From Candidatus Altimarinota bacterium (GTDB lineage: Bacteria; Patescibacteriota; Gracilibacteria; UBA1369), in the NCBI GenBank assembly GCA_041659405.1, contig JBAZYK010000007.1:30001-62000 (forward strand): a stretch of 32,000 nucleotides of DNA. The letters run 5' to 3'. This document shows, piece after piece, positions 1 through 8,904 of the stretch. Numbering within the stretch: position 1 is the first letter of the stretch; every line of letters begins with the position of its first letter. A program made the position numbers and the translations under genes. The notes under the pieces were generated by a model that saw only the letters and a list, made by a program, of their open reading frames with translations, was not told the origin of the DNA and did not search any database.

Positions 1-41
1 ATGGCTTTATAAAATCCGTAATTTTTGTAGGAATTATTCAT
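1..41 (-). CDS. Start of the next trp-operon gene (partial, MNNSYKNYGFYKA...), overlapping the trpGD stop
   Basis: ATG at 41 on the minus strand, open to the window edge, overlaps the trpGD stop (34-36). Too short to identify. Confidence 0.35.
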   Translation of the reverse strand, partial: MNNSYKNYGFYKA

Positions 42-1620
42 TGGAAATTTCTTTATAATCTAAAAATTTCTGGTAAGCTTTGCCACTTTTAATTGTTGCT
101 TTTGCCATCTCCAATCCTGCAGGAATGCTTTTGGATAAACCTCTTACGTAAAGCCCAAAAGCACAATTTATAAGTAATAAATTCTGGAGTGATTCGGGCG
201 CTTTCCCTTGTAAAAGTAAGTGAAAATATTCAATGTTTTTTTTAAGATCTCCACCGGAAATTTTGGCAAATTCAGTTGCCGACTTAATTCCAAGATCTTC
301 AGGTTGAAAAATGAATTTTTTGATTTCACCATCTGCAAGTTCAAAACAATAGGTCTTACCATGCAGGGTGACCTCGTCTAAGCCATTTTCAGATGTAACC
401 ACCATGGCGCGTTTGGATCCTGTTTTTTGCAGTACGGAAATTAATTTTTCGGCGGTTGCTTTTTTGTTTGTGCCAAGAAGCTGATATTCCGGATTAGCAG
501 GATTAATTAGCGGTCCAATGACATTAAAAATGGTTCTAAAGCCAAGCTGTTTCCGGATTGGCATAAAAATTTTCATGGCTGGATGAAACGCTGGAGCATA
601 AAGAAAAACTATTCCTAGTTTGCTCATCATCTTTTTTATTTTTTCAGGATTGAGTTGGATGTTGATTCCGAGTCCTTCTAAAAGGTCAAAACTACCGCAT
701 CTGCCCGAGGCTGCCCTGTTTCCATGTTTGGCAATTTTTACGCCGCAAGCCGCAAGTACAAAGGCTACAGTGGTAGAAACATTCATTCTGGGTAGCCCCG
801 ATCCACCTGTTCCACACGTGTCCATTAAATCTTTTTCATTAAAGCCAAGATTTATAGCATGATTTTTTAAACTCATCACAGCTCCGGTGATTTCATCGAT
901 GCTTTCGCCTTTTTGGGCTAGCTTACTCAGAATATCGGCAATTTCATTTTGTGAATATTGGCCATCAATCATGTCATCAAATAATTTTTTGGTTGATTCT
1001 GTTACGTCGTGTTTTTTGCCACTTTTCTTTTGTTGTTGATTTGTGATTTTTAGAAAATTTTCCAGAATTAATTTACCTTCGGGCGTTCCAATACTTTCAG
1101 GATGAAATTGAACTCCAAAAACAGGAAATTTTTTATGTGATATGGCCATGATTAAGCCATCTTTCGTCTCTGCGATAATTTGTAAATCTTTGGGTAAAGA
1201 AGATTTTTCGCCAATTAGAGAGTGATAGCGCATTACCGAAATTTTTTCCGGAAGATTTTTGAAGAGAGCATGTTCACTGTTAATTTTGATCTGGCTTTGT
1301 TTTCCGTGAACTGGCAGCGGTGCGCGAATAACTTTTCCTCCAAACTCATTAATTATTCCTTGGTGTCCCAGGCAAACTCCCAGGAGCGGAATTTTACCCG
1401 AAAAATAATTAATTACGTCCGCGCATATTCCAAAATCCCGCTTATTCCCCGGTTCTCCTGGCCCCGGCGATAAAATAATGTGGGTATATTTTTCTTTTTT
1501 GATATTCTCAATGCTGATTTTATTATTTCGATGTACTTCCGGATTCCCGTTAAGCTCATGACAAAGCTGATAAAGGTTATAAGTGAAAGAATCAAAATTA
1601 TCGATGATAAGAGTTTTCAT
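34..1620 (-). CDS. trpGD: Fused anthranilate synthase glutamine amidotransferase / anthranilate phosphoribosyltransferase
   Basis: N-terminal class-I GATase motifs (DNFDSFTYNL, ILSPGPGEP, LLGVCLGHQ, GVQFHPES) followed by the TrpD motif DLMDTCGTGGSG and KHGNRAASG. ATGA overlap with trpE. Confidence 0.96.
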   Translation of the reverse strand: MKTLIIDNFDSFTYNLYQLCHELNGNPEVHRNNKISIENIKKEKYTHIILSPGPGEPGNKRDFGICADVINYFSGKIPLLGVCLGHQGIINEFGGKVIRAPLPVHGKQSQIKINSEHALFKNLPEKISVMRYHSLIGEKSSLPKDLQIIAETKDGLIMAISHKKFPVFGVQFHPESIGTPEGKLILENFLKITNQQQKKSGKKHDVTESTKKLFDDMIDGQYSQNEIADILSKLAQKGESIDEITGAVMSLKNHAINLGFNEKDLMDTCGTGGSGLPRMNVSTTVAFVLAACGVKIAKHGNRAASGRCGSFDLLEGLGINIQLNPEKIKKMMSKLGIVFLYAPAFHPAMKIFMPIRKQLGFRTIFNVIGPLINPANPEYQLLGTNKKATAEKLISVLQKTGSKRAMVVTSENGLDEVTLHGKTYCFELADGEIKKFIFQPEDLGIKSATEFAKISGGDLKKNIEYFHLLLQGKAPESLQNLLLINCAFGLYVRGLSKSIPAGLEMAKATIKSGKAYQKFLDYKEISNE

Positions 1621-3032
1621 ATGATAAGGCTTTTAAGTGGCCCCTTGGCTTTGTTTTGGCATTCTGAATTTTCATTTTTGGGCAGGGAGTCATAAACAAT
1701 TCCTGCGCCTGCTCTTAAGTAAATTTGGCCGTCTTTGTAGAGCATTGTTCTGATTGCTATGGCAAAATCCATGTTTCCGTTGAAGCCAAAATAGCCCACT
1801 GCTCCGCCATAAATTTCTCTTGGTACTTTTTCTAATTTGGCGATAATTTCCATGGCTCTAACTTTTGGCGCACCGGTTAAAGTCCCGGCAGGAAAAGTCG
1901 CCTGGAAAACATCAAAAATCGATTTTTTAGGATCACGGGTTCCGGTGATTTCTGAAACCATGTGCATAACCTGATCGAATTTTTGAATGCTCATAAGGTT
2001 ATTGATTTTGATCGTTCCCGGTATGGCGATTTTCCCCAAATCGTTTCTGCCAAGATCAACCAGCATCATGTGTTCGGCCTTTTCTTTGATGTCATTTTTG
2101 AGTTCCTCTTCCAGCTTTTGGTCTTCCTGATCGTCTTTGCCTCTTCTTCTGGTTCCGGCGATTGGATGAATGATAACTTCGTTTTGGTCGATTTTTACAA
2201 GTGTTTCAGGGGAAGATCCAACAATGGAAAATTCGGGAAATTTTAGAAAATACATGTAAGGAGTTGGGGAAGTTTTGCGTAGTCTGCGATAAATTTCCAA
2301 AGGTTTAAGTGTGGTTTTTTGTGTGAACTCCCGACTTAAAACGATTTGGAAAACCTCACCGGCGACGATGTTTTCTTTTGCTTTTAGGACTAAATCTTCA
2401 AATGAGTGGTCTGCGAGGATGTTTGTTTCCGCCTGTCGACAAGCTACAGCAGCGAGCTGCGCGTGCGGTTGAGCTTCAGCGGCTAAGTTTGTTTGTGAGT
2501 GCATAGCTCCATCGAACTCGGCATTGGCACTAAAATCCGGCAGTTTGCTGCTGCTAACTGTGCTTTTATATTCGTTGATCAGTTTTGCAAGATCCTCTTC
2601 GTTATAGGCGATTAGGGTTAAAGTTTGTTCAAAGTGGTCGAAAATTAAAAGATTTTTTGGCAGGTAGAAAATTCCTTCGGGGATTTTGGTTTTATCGATT
2701 GGTAAATCCAGTGATTCAAAATGCCGGACCACTTCATAACTAAAATATCCAACAAATCCACCCTGAAAATTTGGTAAATTGGCCTGATTTTGGTATTGGA
2801 TATTTTTATAGCTTTTTTCAAGTTCCTGAAGGGGATTTGCCTTTGCTCCCGCCTTAAAAGTATGAAGTAGCAGAGGGTCAAAGCCGATAAAAGAATATTG
2901 CCCAAAGCCTTTTTTGATTTCGGCACTTTCAAAAAGAAAGGCATAATCGTGATTTTGGGCAAATTTATGAAAAAGAGAAATTGGCGTTTCCTGATCACAA
3001 ATAAATTTATGAAAATGAGGTTTTAGTTTAAT
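1617..3032 (-). CDS. trpE: Anthranilate synthase component I; true start upstream of the track start at 2732, with a non-canonical start codon
   Basis: C-terminal chorismate-binding motifs (IAGTRRRG, ELKNDIKEKAEHMMLVDLGRNDLG, PAGTLTGAPKVRAMEII). Manual in-frame extension gives ...KPHFHKFICDQETPISLFHKFAQNHDYAFLFESAEIKKGFGQYSFIGFDP...GGFVGYFSYEVVRHFE, a typical TrpE N-terminus, with no stop until 3066-3068. The exact start (ATT 3032, ATA 3053 or ATT 3002) is uncertain. Confidence 0.88.
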   Translation of the reverse strand: MKLKPHFHKFICDQETPISLFHKFAQNHDYAFLFESAEIKKGFGQYSFIGFDPLLLHTFKAGAKANPLQELEKSYKNIQYQNQANLPNFQGGFVGYFSYEVVRHFESLDLPIDKTKIPEGIFYLPKNLLIFDHFEQTLTLIAYNEEDLAKLINEYKSTVSSSKLPDFSANAEFDGAMHSQTNLAAEAQPHAQLAAVACRQAETNILADHSFEDLVLKAKENIVAGEVFQIVLSREFTQKTTLKPLEIYRRLRKTSPTPYMYFLKFPEFSIVGSSPETLVKIDQNEVIIHPIAGTRRRGKDDQEDQKLEEELKNDIKEKAEHMMLVDLGRNDLGKIAIPGTIKINNLMSIQKFDQVMHMVSEITGTRDPKKSIFDVFQATFPAGTLTGAPKVRAMEIIAKLEKVPREIYGGAVGYFGFNGNMDFAIAIRTMLYKDGQIYLRAGAGIVYDSLPKNENSECQNKAKGPLKSLII

Positions 3033-3033
3033 T

Positions 3034-3051
3034 GTATTGGTTGATCGGTAT
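3034..3051. promoter_or_regulatory. TrpR-type operator O3 (GTATTGGTTGATCGGTAT)
   Basis: Dyad matching the two other sites; overlaps the likely trpE promoter/start region. Confidence 0.65.
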
Positions 3052-3073
3052 ATGGTAAGTGTGGTTCAATGTT

Positions 3074-3091
3074 GTACCGTTTGACCGGTAC
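3074..3091. promoter_or_regulatory. TrpR-type operator O2 (GTACCGTTTGACCGGTAC)
   Basis: 6-bp perfect arms GTACCG/CGGTAC around a 6-nt centre, located between trpR and trpE. Confidence 0.7.
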
Positions 3092-3109
3092 GCTTTGGAT
3101 AAAAAAATA

Positions 3110-3364
3110 TTACTTGGAAATTGCGCTTTTGCTTATCTTTAAGGCATGTGAGCCTCGTGTGACTTTTGAAATGCTTACTCCCAATTCTTCACTTATTTTG
3201 CGGTGTGGAACTTTTTTTAGAAGCAGTTTGAAAATCGCCAGTCTTTCGCTGATTGATTCAAGTTCTTGCGGTGTAATAAGATCTTGTAATAGCAGCAGGA
3301 TATCCTGCCTGTTTTTAGCCTGAAGCAGTAATCCGCAAAGTTCATCTAAATATTCTTTGTTCAT
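3110..3364 (-). CDS. trpR: TrpR/YerC-family DNA-binding repressor
   Basis: MNKEYLDELCGLLLQAKNRQDILLLLQDLITPQELESISERLAIFKLLLKKVPHRKISEELGVSISKVTRGSHALK: TrpR-superfamily helix-turn-helix. The ATG at 3364 is preferred over the longer track ORF. Divergence from classical TrpR is possible. Confidence 0.88.
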   Translation of the reverse strand: MNKEYLDELCGLLLQAKNRQDILLLLQDLITPQELESISERLAIFKLLLKKVPHRKISEELGVSISKVTRGSHALKISKSAISK

Positions 3365-3375
3365 AAGAAAAAAAT

Positions 3376-3397
3376 ATGTACTGGTTGAACAGTACAT
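3376..3397. promoter_or_regulatory. TrpR-type operator O1 (ATGTACTGGTTGAACAGTACAT) upstream of trpR
   Basis: 8-bp perfect arms ATGTACTG/CAGTACAT, 12 bp upstream of the trpR ATG, overlapping a possible -10 (TACTGT) with -35 TTGATT 17 bp away. Confidence 0.75.
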
Positions 3398-3490
3398 GAT
3401 TAAAAGATAAAAATCAAGTAAGAAAATAAAATAAGATTTCAATTTTTGCAGATTTTTTGTATAATGCCCATAGATTTTTATCTATGATTA

Positions 3491-4204
3491 ATGGCTGAAC
3501 AAAAACAAAGAATTGTTTCAAAATTGGTGCATGCGGAAAATAATTCAAGTGGTAATTCTTTAAGTGATATTATTTTAGGAGGACAAGATGGTTTGGTGAA
3601 CGTTTTGGGCGTGATTTTGGGCGTTGCCGCCGCTTCTTCTTCTATTCGCATTGTTTTGGCGGGCGGGTTGGCTGCCGCTTTTGCAGAATCGATTTCTATG
3701 GCTGCGGTGGCTTATACTTCAAATGTTGCTGCTCGTGATTTTTATTATGGTCAATTAAAAAAAGAGAAGCGCGAAATTGTTGAAGTTCCGGAAATTGAAA
3801 CTGAAGAAATTCGTCAGATTTATCGTGAAAAAGGGTTTAAAGGAAAGTTGCTGGAAGATGTTGTGAAAGTTATTACTTCAAATGAAAAAGTTTGGCTTGA
3901 TACCATGATGTTGGAAGAATTGAAACTTAGTCCGGTGGAAGTAAGCAGACCGCTTGGAGCCGCTTTGATTGTGGGGCTTTCTGCCATTACGGGGTCGCTA
4001 ATTCCGCTGGCGCCTTTTTTCTTTTTAACTATCCAGCAGGGGATTTATGTTTCAATCACGATTTCAGCTTTGACTTTGTTTGTTTTGGGAGCGATAAAAG
4101 CTAAATTTACCGTTGGAAATTGGGGAAAAAGCGGCCTTGAAATAGCTGTAATAGGCATTGTTTCGGCCTTGGCCGGATATGGGATAGGTTTTCTTTTTAC
4201 TTAA
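3491..4204 (+). CDS. VIT1/CCC1-family transmembrane protein (iron/manganese transporter-like)
   Basis: SLSDIILGGQDGLVNVLGVILGVAAAS...AAAFAESISMAAVAYTS typical of the family, plus C-terminal TM helices. Confidence 0.9.
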   Translation: MAEQKQRIVSKLVHAENNSSGNSLSDIILGGQDGLVNVLGVILGVAAASSSIRIVLAGGLAAAFAESISMAAVAYTSNVAARDFYYGQLKKEKREIVEVPEIETEEIRQIYREKGFKGKLLEDVVKVITSNEKVWLDTMMLEELKLSPVEVSRPLGAALIVGLSAITGSLIPLAPFFFLTIQQGIYVSITISALTLFVLGAIKAKFTVGNWGKSGLEIAVIGIVSALAGYGIGFLFT

Positions 4205-4222
4205 ATTAATAACTCTAAACAA

Positions 4223-5383
4223 ATGGCACTAAAACAAAAAAAATCGGCTAAAGTTAATGGTGTGCGTGTTAATTTAGTTGATACGCTGGTCAAGAGCAGG
4301 TCGGTTATTTTGCCACATTTTCCCGGTTATTTTTTGATTGGAACATTGCTTTTGTCTTTGGTATTGATGTTTATTTTGATTCGACCGTTTTTTGTGATTT
4401 TAGTTTTGGCCGGAGTTTTGGCTACGACTTTTTATCCTCTATATAAAGTAATTTTAAAATTTTTCAAAAACAGATCGGGACTGGCTTCTTTTGTTACGTG
4501 TACGCTGGTTTTATTTTTAATTGTGATTCCTTTAATGATTTTTGTGGTGATGTTGAGTCGTCAGGCGGTGGATATATATGGTTTTCTAAATCAAAAAATT
4601 GAAACCGGTCAATTTGATCAGTATTTAAAATGGCAAGATGGAAATTTTGTTCATGACCTTTTTGATCCTGTGCAAGGCCAAATAGCCGGGTTTGTGGATA
4701 TTCGATCTTTGGATTTGAAGCAAACTTTGGTTGATGTGGCTAGAACAGTCAGTACTTTTTTGGTTGCCGAGAGTGCGAGTATTTTGAAAGGTCTTGGCGG
4801 TTTCTTGTTGGATTCATTTTTACTGTTCTTTTCGCTTTATTATTTGTTTAAGGATGGAAAGATGATTACGCAAAAGTTGATTCAGCTGAGTCCTTTGTCT
4901 TTGAAATATGATCTGGAGCTTTTTAAGAAATTTAAAGAGATGAGTAAATTAACTCTGGTTAGTATCTTTTTAGTTTCGGTTATAAAGGGTATTGCCGGTG
5001 GTCTTAGTTTCTTGATTGTTGGTATTCCAAATCCGCTTTTTTGGGGAACGGCAATGGCGATATTTTCGGTGGTGCCGATTATTGGTCCTGCTATAGTTTG
5101 GCTTCCGGCCGGAATCTTTTTGTTGGTTAATGGCAATATTATTGGAGGTATTTTTGTTTTGGTGTGGGGAACTTTGATTGTTAGCACGCTTGATAATATT
5201 TTCCAGGCTTATTTTGTTGGAAATCAGGCCAATCTTAATCAGTTGCTGGTATTTTTTGCGATTTTTGGAGGTTTGGTCATGTTTGGGCTTTCCGGTCTGA
5301 TTTTTGGGCCTTTGATTTTGACTCTTTGTTTGACCTTACTTCATATTTATCAGTTGGAGTACAGAAGTATTTTAAAGAAGTAG
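4223..5383 (+). CDS. AI-2E/PerM-family transporter
   Basis: Multi-TM protein with the family-like segments VVPIIGPAIVWLPAG and GNQANLNQLLVFFAIFGGLVMFGLSGLIFGPLILTL. Confidence 0.88.
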   Translation: MALKQKKSAKVNGVRVNLVDTLVKSRSVILPHFPGYFLIGTLLLSLVLMFILIRPFFVILVLAGVLATTFYPLYKVILKFFKNRSGLASFVTCTLVLFLIVIPLMIFVVMLSRQAVDIYGFLNQKIETGQFDQYLKWQDGNFVHDLFDPVQGQIAGFVDIRSLDLKQTLVDVARTVSTFLVAESASILKGLGGFLLDSFLLFFSLYYLFKDGKMITQKLIQLSPLSLKYDLELFKKFKEMSKLTLVSIFLVSVIKGIAGGLSFLIVGIPNPLFWGTAMAIFSVVPIIGPAIVWLPAGIFLLVNGNIIGGIFVLVWGTLIVSTLDNIFQAYFVGNQANLNQLLVFFAIFGGLVMFGLSGLIFGPLILTLCLTLLHIYQLEYRSILKK

Positions 5384-5457
5384 TGGTTTTGCGGCTATGG
5401 GCCATTCCCAAAAGTCTTCTAATGTGGTACAATTAGAGGATTTTTGAATATAAAGAA

Positions 5458-6105
5458 ATGGCTTACAAAAATAAAAACAAAATAAAAAAGCAGGATGAAC
5501 CATGGTGGATTACTTTTGAAAAAACTTTTCTAAAAATAGAGGTAGTTGCTTTGATCTTGTTTTTGCTTGCGGCGGCTTTTTATTTACGTCCCTATTCGGC
5601 TAAGATTGGAAGTGTGCATGCTTCGGCGGATAAACTCCAGGCACTTTTCAGCGATGTTCAGTCAGATTATCCATATGCGCAGGCTCTAAGTTACTTTAAG
5701 GTCAGAGGTCTTGCAGTTGCAGATAAAGATGGTGCTTTTCATCCGGATGAAGTAATTACGCGGGCCGAGTTACTTAAGTTGGTGGTTTTGGCTTCCAATG
5801 TTCAGCCGACTTTTGTCAGGTATCGTGGGTGTTTTAAGGATGTTAAGGCGGAAGTTTTTGCTCCATCTGTTTGTTATGCCAAATCAAAGGGGATTGTTCA
5901 GGGTTATAAAGATGGTACTTTTAAGCCTTTAGATCCTATTTCGGTGGAAAATGCGCTTAATTTAATTACAAAAAATTTCAACGCAAATCCGGCAATTGGC
6001 CAAGAGGCAACTACCGGACTTAATTCTTCTGAAAATATAAAACGTGGACTTATGTTTGAACTTATTTACGAGTTGAGCCGGCACCAGGATTTTAAGATGC
6101 AGTAG
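5458..6105 (+). CDS. S-layer homology (SLH) domain protein, membrane anchored
   Basis: N-terminal TM then SLH-like repeats (FSDVQSDYPYAQALSYFKVRGLAV...DGAFHPDEVITRAELLKLVV; FKDVKAEVFAPSVCYAKSKGIVQGYKDGTFKPLDPIS). Confidence 0.85.
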   Translation: MAYKNKNKIKKQDEPWWITFEKTFLKIEVVALILFLLAAAFYLRPYSAKIGSVHASADKLQALFSDVQSDYPYAQALSYFKVRGLAVADKDGAFHPDEVITRAELLKLVVLASNVQPTFVRYRGCFKDVKAEVFAPSVCYAKSKGIVQGYKDGTFKPLDPISVENALNLITKNFNANPAIGQEATTGLNSSENIKRGLMFELIYELSRHQDFKMQ

Positions 6106-6124
6106 TTTGCGTCGGTCCGGTTGA

Positions 6125-6901
6125 TTATTTTGTCTTCAAGTTAAGAGCTTCTTGAAATTTGCTGTATTCTTGCGCTCCAACGATTTCGTTTTCACCATTC
6201 ACAAGGAATGTTGGAGTTCCGGTTATGCCTTTTTTGTTACCGGCGGCCAGATCTTTTTTGATGAGTGCGCTGAATTGGTCGTTGTTTACACATTGATTAA
6301 ATTTGGTCATGTCCAGGCCAAGCTTTTGAGCGAACCCCTGAAAGGTTTGTAAATATGTTTCGGTTTGAGAACTCCAAGCATTCTGATTGTTGAAGAGGGC
6401 ATCATGCATTTCCCAGAATTTATTTTGTTCACCGGCACAGGCTGCCGCCTCTGCCGCTTTTTGGGCTTGAGGATGGAAGCTTAAAGGGAAATTACGATAG
6501 ATGTAATAAACTTTTCCGGTCGCTATGTAATCTTTATAAAGTTGAGGGAAGGTTGTCGCGGAATATGAATGGCAGTATGGACATTGAAAATCGCTGTATT
6601 CTTCTAAAGTTATTTTTGCTTTTTTATCGCCAAGGGTCCAGTTGCCATCGGTGGTTTTACCAATAGTTGCCGTGGAATAGTCAATGTTAATCTCTGCAAA
6701 TTGTGGTTCTTGTTGAGCTGCCGGGGCGGTTGGGGCTGCTGCCGTTGGATTGGCTGCGTTTTGGGCGTTTAGTGTATTTGCTGCAACGTTTTTGCTATCA
6801 ACCGGTGAAATGTTTGGAATAACTCTTCCAATGGTAAAACCGATGATTAGTCCTATAAGTACGGCAGTGGAGAGCATCCAGGGATTTGTTTTTTCGTTCA
6901 T
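6125..6901 (-). CDS. DsbA-like thiol:disulfide oxidoreductase (thioredoxin fold)
   Basis: N-terminal membrane anchor; EYSDFQCPYCHSYSATTFPQL with CPYC active site; GITGTPTFLVNG cis-proline region. Confidence 0.92.
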   Translation of the reverse strand: MNEKTNPWMLSTAVLIGLIIGFTIGRVIPNISPVDSKNVAANTLNAQNAANPTAAAPTAPAAQQEPQFAEINIDYSTATIGKTTDGNWTLGDKKAKITLEEYSDFQCPYCHSYSATTFPQLYKDYIATGKVYYIYRNFPLSFHPQAQKAAEAAACAGEQNKFWEMHDALFNNQNAWSSQTETYLQTFQGFAQKLGLDMTKFNQCVNNDQFSALIKKDLAAGNKKGITGTPTFLVNGENEIVGAQEYSKFQEALNLKTK

Positions 6902-6990
6902 AGAATTTTGAAAAATAAAATAGCATAAAACTTTACCGGCTCTACTATAAGCAATTTTGTCTTCGTTGGCCAGAAGATTGGGTTGATAGA

Positions 6991-8703
6991 TTACTTCTCC
7001 GTTTTTAAATGTTTTTTAGCGAGAAAAAGTCCAAGTCCGGTCATTAACAATAAAATGAATACGATAGTGGATGTTAGTGAGCCGGAATTGTTTTTATTGC
7101 CAGTTGAATCGGCCAAAATTTCATAATTTTGCAGTTGATAATTGGTGGGGTCTTGCGGATTTGTTGTGATATTTAGTTTGGTCTTGGCTCCTTTAATGAA
7201 GGTTGTTTTGGCCATGGCTAAGGGGATTGTGCTTTCGTCAAAAAGAATGTTTTTTTGTTGGCCTGTTTTATCTTCAAAGTTGAAAAAATAATTAGTTGGT
7301 TCGTCTTTAATTGTTCCTTCTATTTCTTGATATGTTGGATTTTGTTCTTTGGGTGAAGGTTTGCCCCAAAACCATTTTTCTTCGGTTGATCCATCTTCTT
7401 TGTTTACTAAAATCCTGCTGTAGGATTTTCCGATAGGTGCTTCTTCGTAAGCTATGCTGCTGATTAGTTTGTTTTTATAGTCCAATAATCGGACTTCATC
7501 TTTGGCGTTTCCCAAAGATAATTTGGTTTGTTTGCTTGTGAAAATCAGGAACTCTTTTGGTTTGATGCTCAGGTTTTTTATTTTAAAAGGTTTACTTCCG
7601 CCCTCCAAATCGTCCAGGCTCCATCCATTTAAATCTATGTTTTTTGTGCCTGCATTGTAAATTTCAATCCATTCGTTATTGCGATCGTCCTTTAAAGCAT
7701 GCGGGAAAATTTCCGTAACAATGATTTCATTTGAAAGGTCGCCGTTGGTGATGACGGTTTTGCTGGTTGCTTTGGTGGTCTTTTTTGGGGTGGTAACCTT
7801 GGTGGTCTTTGTAGCCTTGGGTTTAGGTTGTGCAGATGTTTTGGCTTGTGCAGGCGCAGAGGGAGGTGCAAGGGTCGAAGTTGGAATTGAGATTGGCGCA
7901 GGAGTTGTTGTTGAACTTTGTGTCTGTGTAGGCGCAGGCGTTTGTGCGGGATTTGAAGTTGAGGTTTTAACTTTTCCTGATGTCGGGACTGGATTGTCGG
8001 TTTTGCTCGCGATCGCCTCAAGTTCCCAATCATCTTTATTGTTGGTGTCTTTTAGGGAGCTGGTGGTGCTTGCTTCCGTACCTGACTTTTTGCGGATTAG
8101 GCTTTGATTGGTTTGGATGTCTTCACTGCTTGGGCAGCTTGCGGGATCACCAGAAATCCAGGCTCCTATTTTGAATAAATCCTCCTGATCTTTTATTTCA
8201 TCGGTTGTTGGTTTTTTACTACTCCAGCAAACGGCATCTAAAATTGTTGTTCCAAGGGTAATGGTGATTTGTTCGGTGGTTGCGGTAAGTCCGGTATAAG
8301 TAGTGTAAAAATTTGTTTCGGTATCGGGCTGATCAGCTTTAAAAGTAAGTTTTAGGTGCTGACCGGAATGGATCGTAAAATCCCGGTCAATTTTTTTGAA
8401 GATTTTATCGGCGGCGAAGTTTAGACCTTTGAGGTTGAAATCTTTTGCAGTTGGCGAAAAATAGTAAATTTCCAGCCAGTCGTTTTCTTTGTTTTTAAAA
8501 TTGACCCTGGAAATTACCAATTGAGTTCCCGATTCAAGAATTTGGACTTCCGAAATGGCAGCTTTGATTATGTGCGAATCTTGCGAGAGTATGGCGCAAA
8601 CTAATATGAGGCTAATTATCAGGCGGCTCACACGGTTGCTTGTTTTTGCCCGGGATCTGGTTCCCGCGATGGTTTTGATCGTGTTTGAAAAAGTTTTATT
8701 CAT
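6991..8703 (-). CDS. Lamin-tail-domain (LTD) protein with Thr/Pro/Lys-rich linker and C-terminal TM
   Basis: IIVTEIFPHALKDDRNNEWIEIYNAGTKNIDLNGWSLDDLEGGSKPFKI... is an LTD pattern, with a second degenerate LTD-like region at the N-terminus and C-terminal TM LTSTIVFILLLMTGLGLFLAKK. Confidence 0.82.
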   Translation of the reverse strand: MNKTFSNTIKTIAGTRSRAKTSNRVSRLIISLILVCAILSQDSHIIKAAISEVQILESGTQLVISRVNFKNKENDWLEIYYFSPTAKDFNLKGLNFAADKIFKKIDRDFTIHSGQHLKLTFKADQPDTETNFYTTYTGLTATTEQITITLGTTILDAVCWSSKKPTTDEIKDQEDLFKIGAWISGDPASCPSSEDIQTNQSLIRKKSGTEASTTSSLKDTNNKDDWELEAIASKTDNPVPTSGKVKTSTSNPAQTPAPTQTQSSTTTPAPISIPTSTLAPPSAPAQAKTSAQPKPKATKTTKVTTPKKTTKATSKTVITNGDLSNEIIVTEIFPHALKDDRNNEWIEIYNAGTKNIDLNGWSLDDLEGGSKPFKIKNLSIKPKEFLIFTSKQTKLSLGNAKDEVRLLDYKNKLISSIAYEEAPIGKSYSRILVNKEDGSTEEKWFWGKPSPKEQNPTYQEIEGTIKDEPTNYFFNFEDKTGQQKNILFDESTIPLAMAKTTFIKGAKTKLNITTNPQDPTNYQLQNYEILADSTGNKNNSGSLTSTIVFILLLMTGLGLFLAKKHLKTEK

Positions 8704-8870
8704 GGTGATTTAATATGAAAACAGATGCACCGTACTCTTTGAAAATTAACAAATTCTAAATTCTTCTTAAAATCTTCATTTCTAAAACAATTCCACCTTT
8801 TGGCAACCTGATTTTTAGACTGGTTTCGTGATGTGATTGCCACCTTTAGAAAGTGGACCTTTTGGCTTTG

Positions 8871-8899
8871 TTGACATATTTTCCACTCATGATTATGCT
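8871..8899 (+). promoter_or_regulatory. Sigma70-type promoter (TTGACA-17-TATGCT)
   Basis: Consensus -35 TTGACA at 8871-8876 and TATGCT at 8894-8899, spacer 17 nt. Confidence 0.6.
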
Positions 8900-8904
8900 G
8901 ATTG

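Noticed and set aside
2645-2998. 118-aa minus-strand ORF over the trpE N-terminal region, suggesting a frameshifted trpE
   Set aside because: It is in a different frame. The TrpE frame itself is continuous and encodes the conserved N-terminus; only the start codon is unusual.
3069-3323. Plus-strand ORF opposite trpR
   Set aside because: Antisense shadow of the TrpR-like coding sequence, with no recognisable domain.
7679-8174. Several ORFs overlapping the lamin-tail gene
   Set aside because: Low-complexity translations opposite or shifted relative to the Thr/Pro/Lys-rich linker; the LTD frame is clearly the real one.
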